NCBI GenBank assembly: GCA_964247055.1
Contig: OZ176054.1
Location: forward strand, 13,144,001-13,208,000
Direction: 5' to 3'
Source of the DNA: Paragordius varius
Taxonomy: Eukaryota > Animalia > Nematomorpha
Length of the DNA stretch: 64,000 nt
Within the stretch, counting starts at the first letter, position 1. Every line of letters starts with the position of its first letter. The position numbers were made by a program, and so were the translations under genes. Below are positions 62,701 through 64,000 of this stretch, in pieces. The notes under the pieces were generated by a model. The model was not told the DNA's origin, made no database searches, and was given only the letters and a program-made list of their open reading frames with translations.

Positions 62701-63417
62701 TGCATCAATGGGTGCAAAGAGTTACACATGGGTTTTCGCCAAACAAAATAGTTTTTCTGACACAGCATTTATATGTTACCTAAGAGGACAAAATGCAAAG
62801 TTAATGTACACTATTTTAAAGAATCGATGTTATGTTTTTTTTACAAAAACTTTGACAACATCTCTTATTTTGGTAAATTTAAATTTGATAGCGAGAAAAA
62901 TTTTACCACAAAGCATAAAATATGTAATTAAGTGTTAGCGAGGTAAAGAACTGGATGTATCAATCGCCATTTAATATTGCATAGGATTTCATTTGAAAAA
63001 GGGGTTTATGAAACCGACAAGAATTCGATGAGTTCCTAATATGGTTAAGATAGATAAGATTTTACTGATAATACAAAAAAATGGTTAATTAATTCAAATA
63101 TATTACTTGTGTTATGGAATCAATTATTTTTAATTATTGTGTCTCTAACAACAATCATATATAATGCTTATAAAATATATAATTTTTTAGTGATAAACCC
63201 ATCATTAAATGGTTTGAATTCAAGGCTTTGTGAAAGTTTGCATAAAAATTATAATTGAAATTATTCGGAATTTTCGGTACTACACTAATAATCTAATAAA
63301 ATGTTTCCGATTCCAAATTCCTTATTTGCACGGTATGATATAAACCTAAATTCACACACAAAAATAAACCCTTAAACGCCTTAACAATACGTTATCCACG
63401 CAAACAAATTTTACAAG

Positions 63418-64000
63418 TTCAAATTGGCCAGTTACCTTAAATACTATCAACACAGCAAGTCAACCATTTATCCCGCTAGGTGGAACGAAAAAACCCATAG
63501 TAGAATGGAAACTGTGGATTATTATTGTTGTAGGATTTTTGGCCATATGCCTCATGATTGGAATCGTGATGTTCATTGTTAGAAAACGGTTTAGTCATCG
63601 TAAAAATTCTAATCAAGATACCATTTACGAAGATATTGATGGTTTAATTATATATCTTAGCAATTTATAAATAAAAATTTCCAGGAATATATCTAATACT
63701 ATATAAATTGGTTCAAGAACATTATATTATCTTTTTCCGTATTTATTATTTAAGTTACTTTCATTAATTAAATATAGGTAAAGAAAACATTTTAGGCAGA
63801 AAATTAACGCGTAAACAATCTAACATAAACCTTTTGTTCGGAAAACAACGGAAATCAGGACAGTCAAAAAATGATAAGACAAGTTTAAATGACTCCGAAC
63901 GAGGTTCAATGGGAAATTATGTGTTTTACTTTTTATACGATGACATATATGTTGAATTTATGGAGTACTTTAACAAGAAGGAACCTAGTAGGACTTTGGC
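63418..64000 (+). CDS. Single-pass membrane protein, partial: exon ~63418 (or 63432)-63641 and exon 63796->64000
   Basis: S/T-rich stalk, TM segment LWIIIVVGFLAICLMIGIVMFIV, basic stop-transfer RKRF, then TIYEDID. Donor GT at 63642 (phase 1) joins AG 63794-95, and the frame stays open to the window end. Confidence 0.62.

Overview
Very AT-rich, intron-rich eukaryotic DNA, most likely from an animal (PHF5A, sestrin and tRNA-Pro all look metazoan; the lineage cannot be fixed from sequence alone). Spliced gene models were built by hand with GT-AG boundaries and consistent phases. In order: the 3' end of an unidentified low-complexity gene (<1-3467, +); a candidate 39-aa secreted-peptide gene with CRE and TATA elements (5872-5991, +); PHF5A with a 27-nt intron (11799-12158, -); a 29-exon Nup98 (15987-32793, +); a convergent 15-exon, about 1067-aa sestrin (33567-48421, -); tRNA-Pro(TGG); and two partial membrane-protein models at the right end. 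Introns and spacers are packed with hAT elements (8-bp nnnTAnnn TSDs, one nested), TA-flanked MITEs, TTAA-flanked MITEs, foldback-like elements, Helitron-like elements, mariner and Gypsy relics, and local tandem arrays. Best leads: (1) Nup98 stops at HF-TAA, exactly at the autoproteolytic HF|S site, with no Nup96 behind it; (2) an ultra-short, stop-containing intron in the branch-point factor PHF5A; (3) a tandem array of duplicated splice acceptors ahead of a sestrin exon; (4) remodelled redox and leucine-binding sites in the sestrin. All alignments to human proteins are from recalled sequences; no database searches were run.
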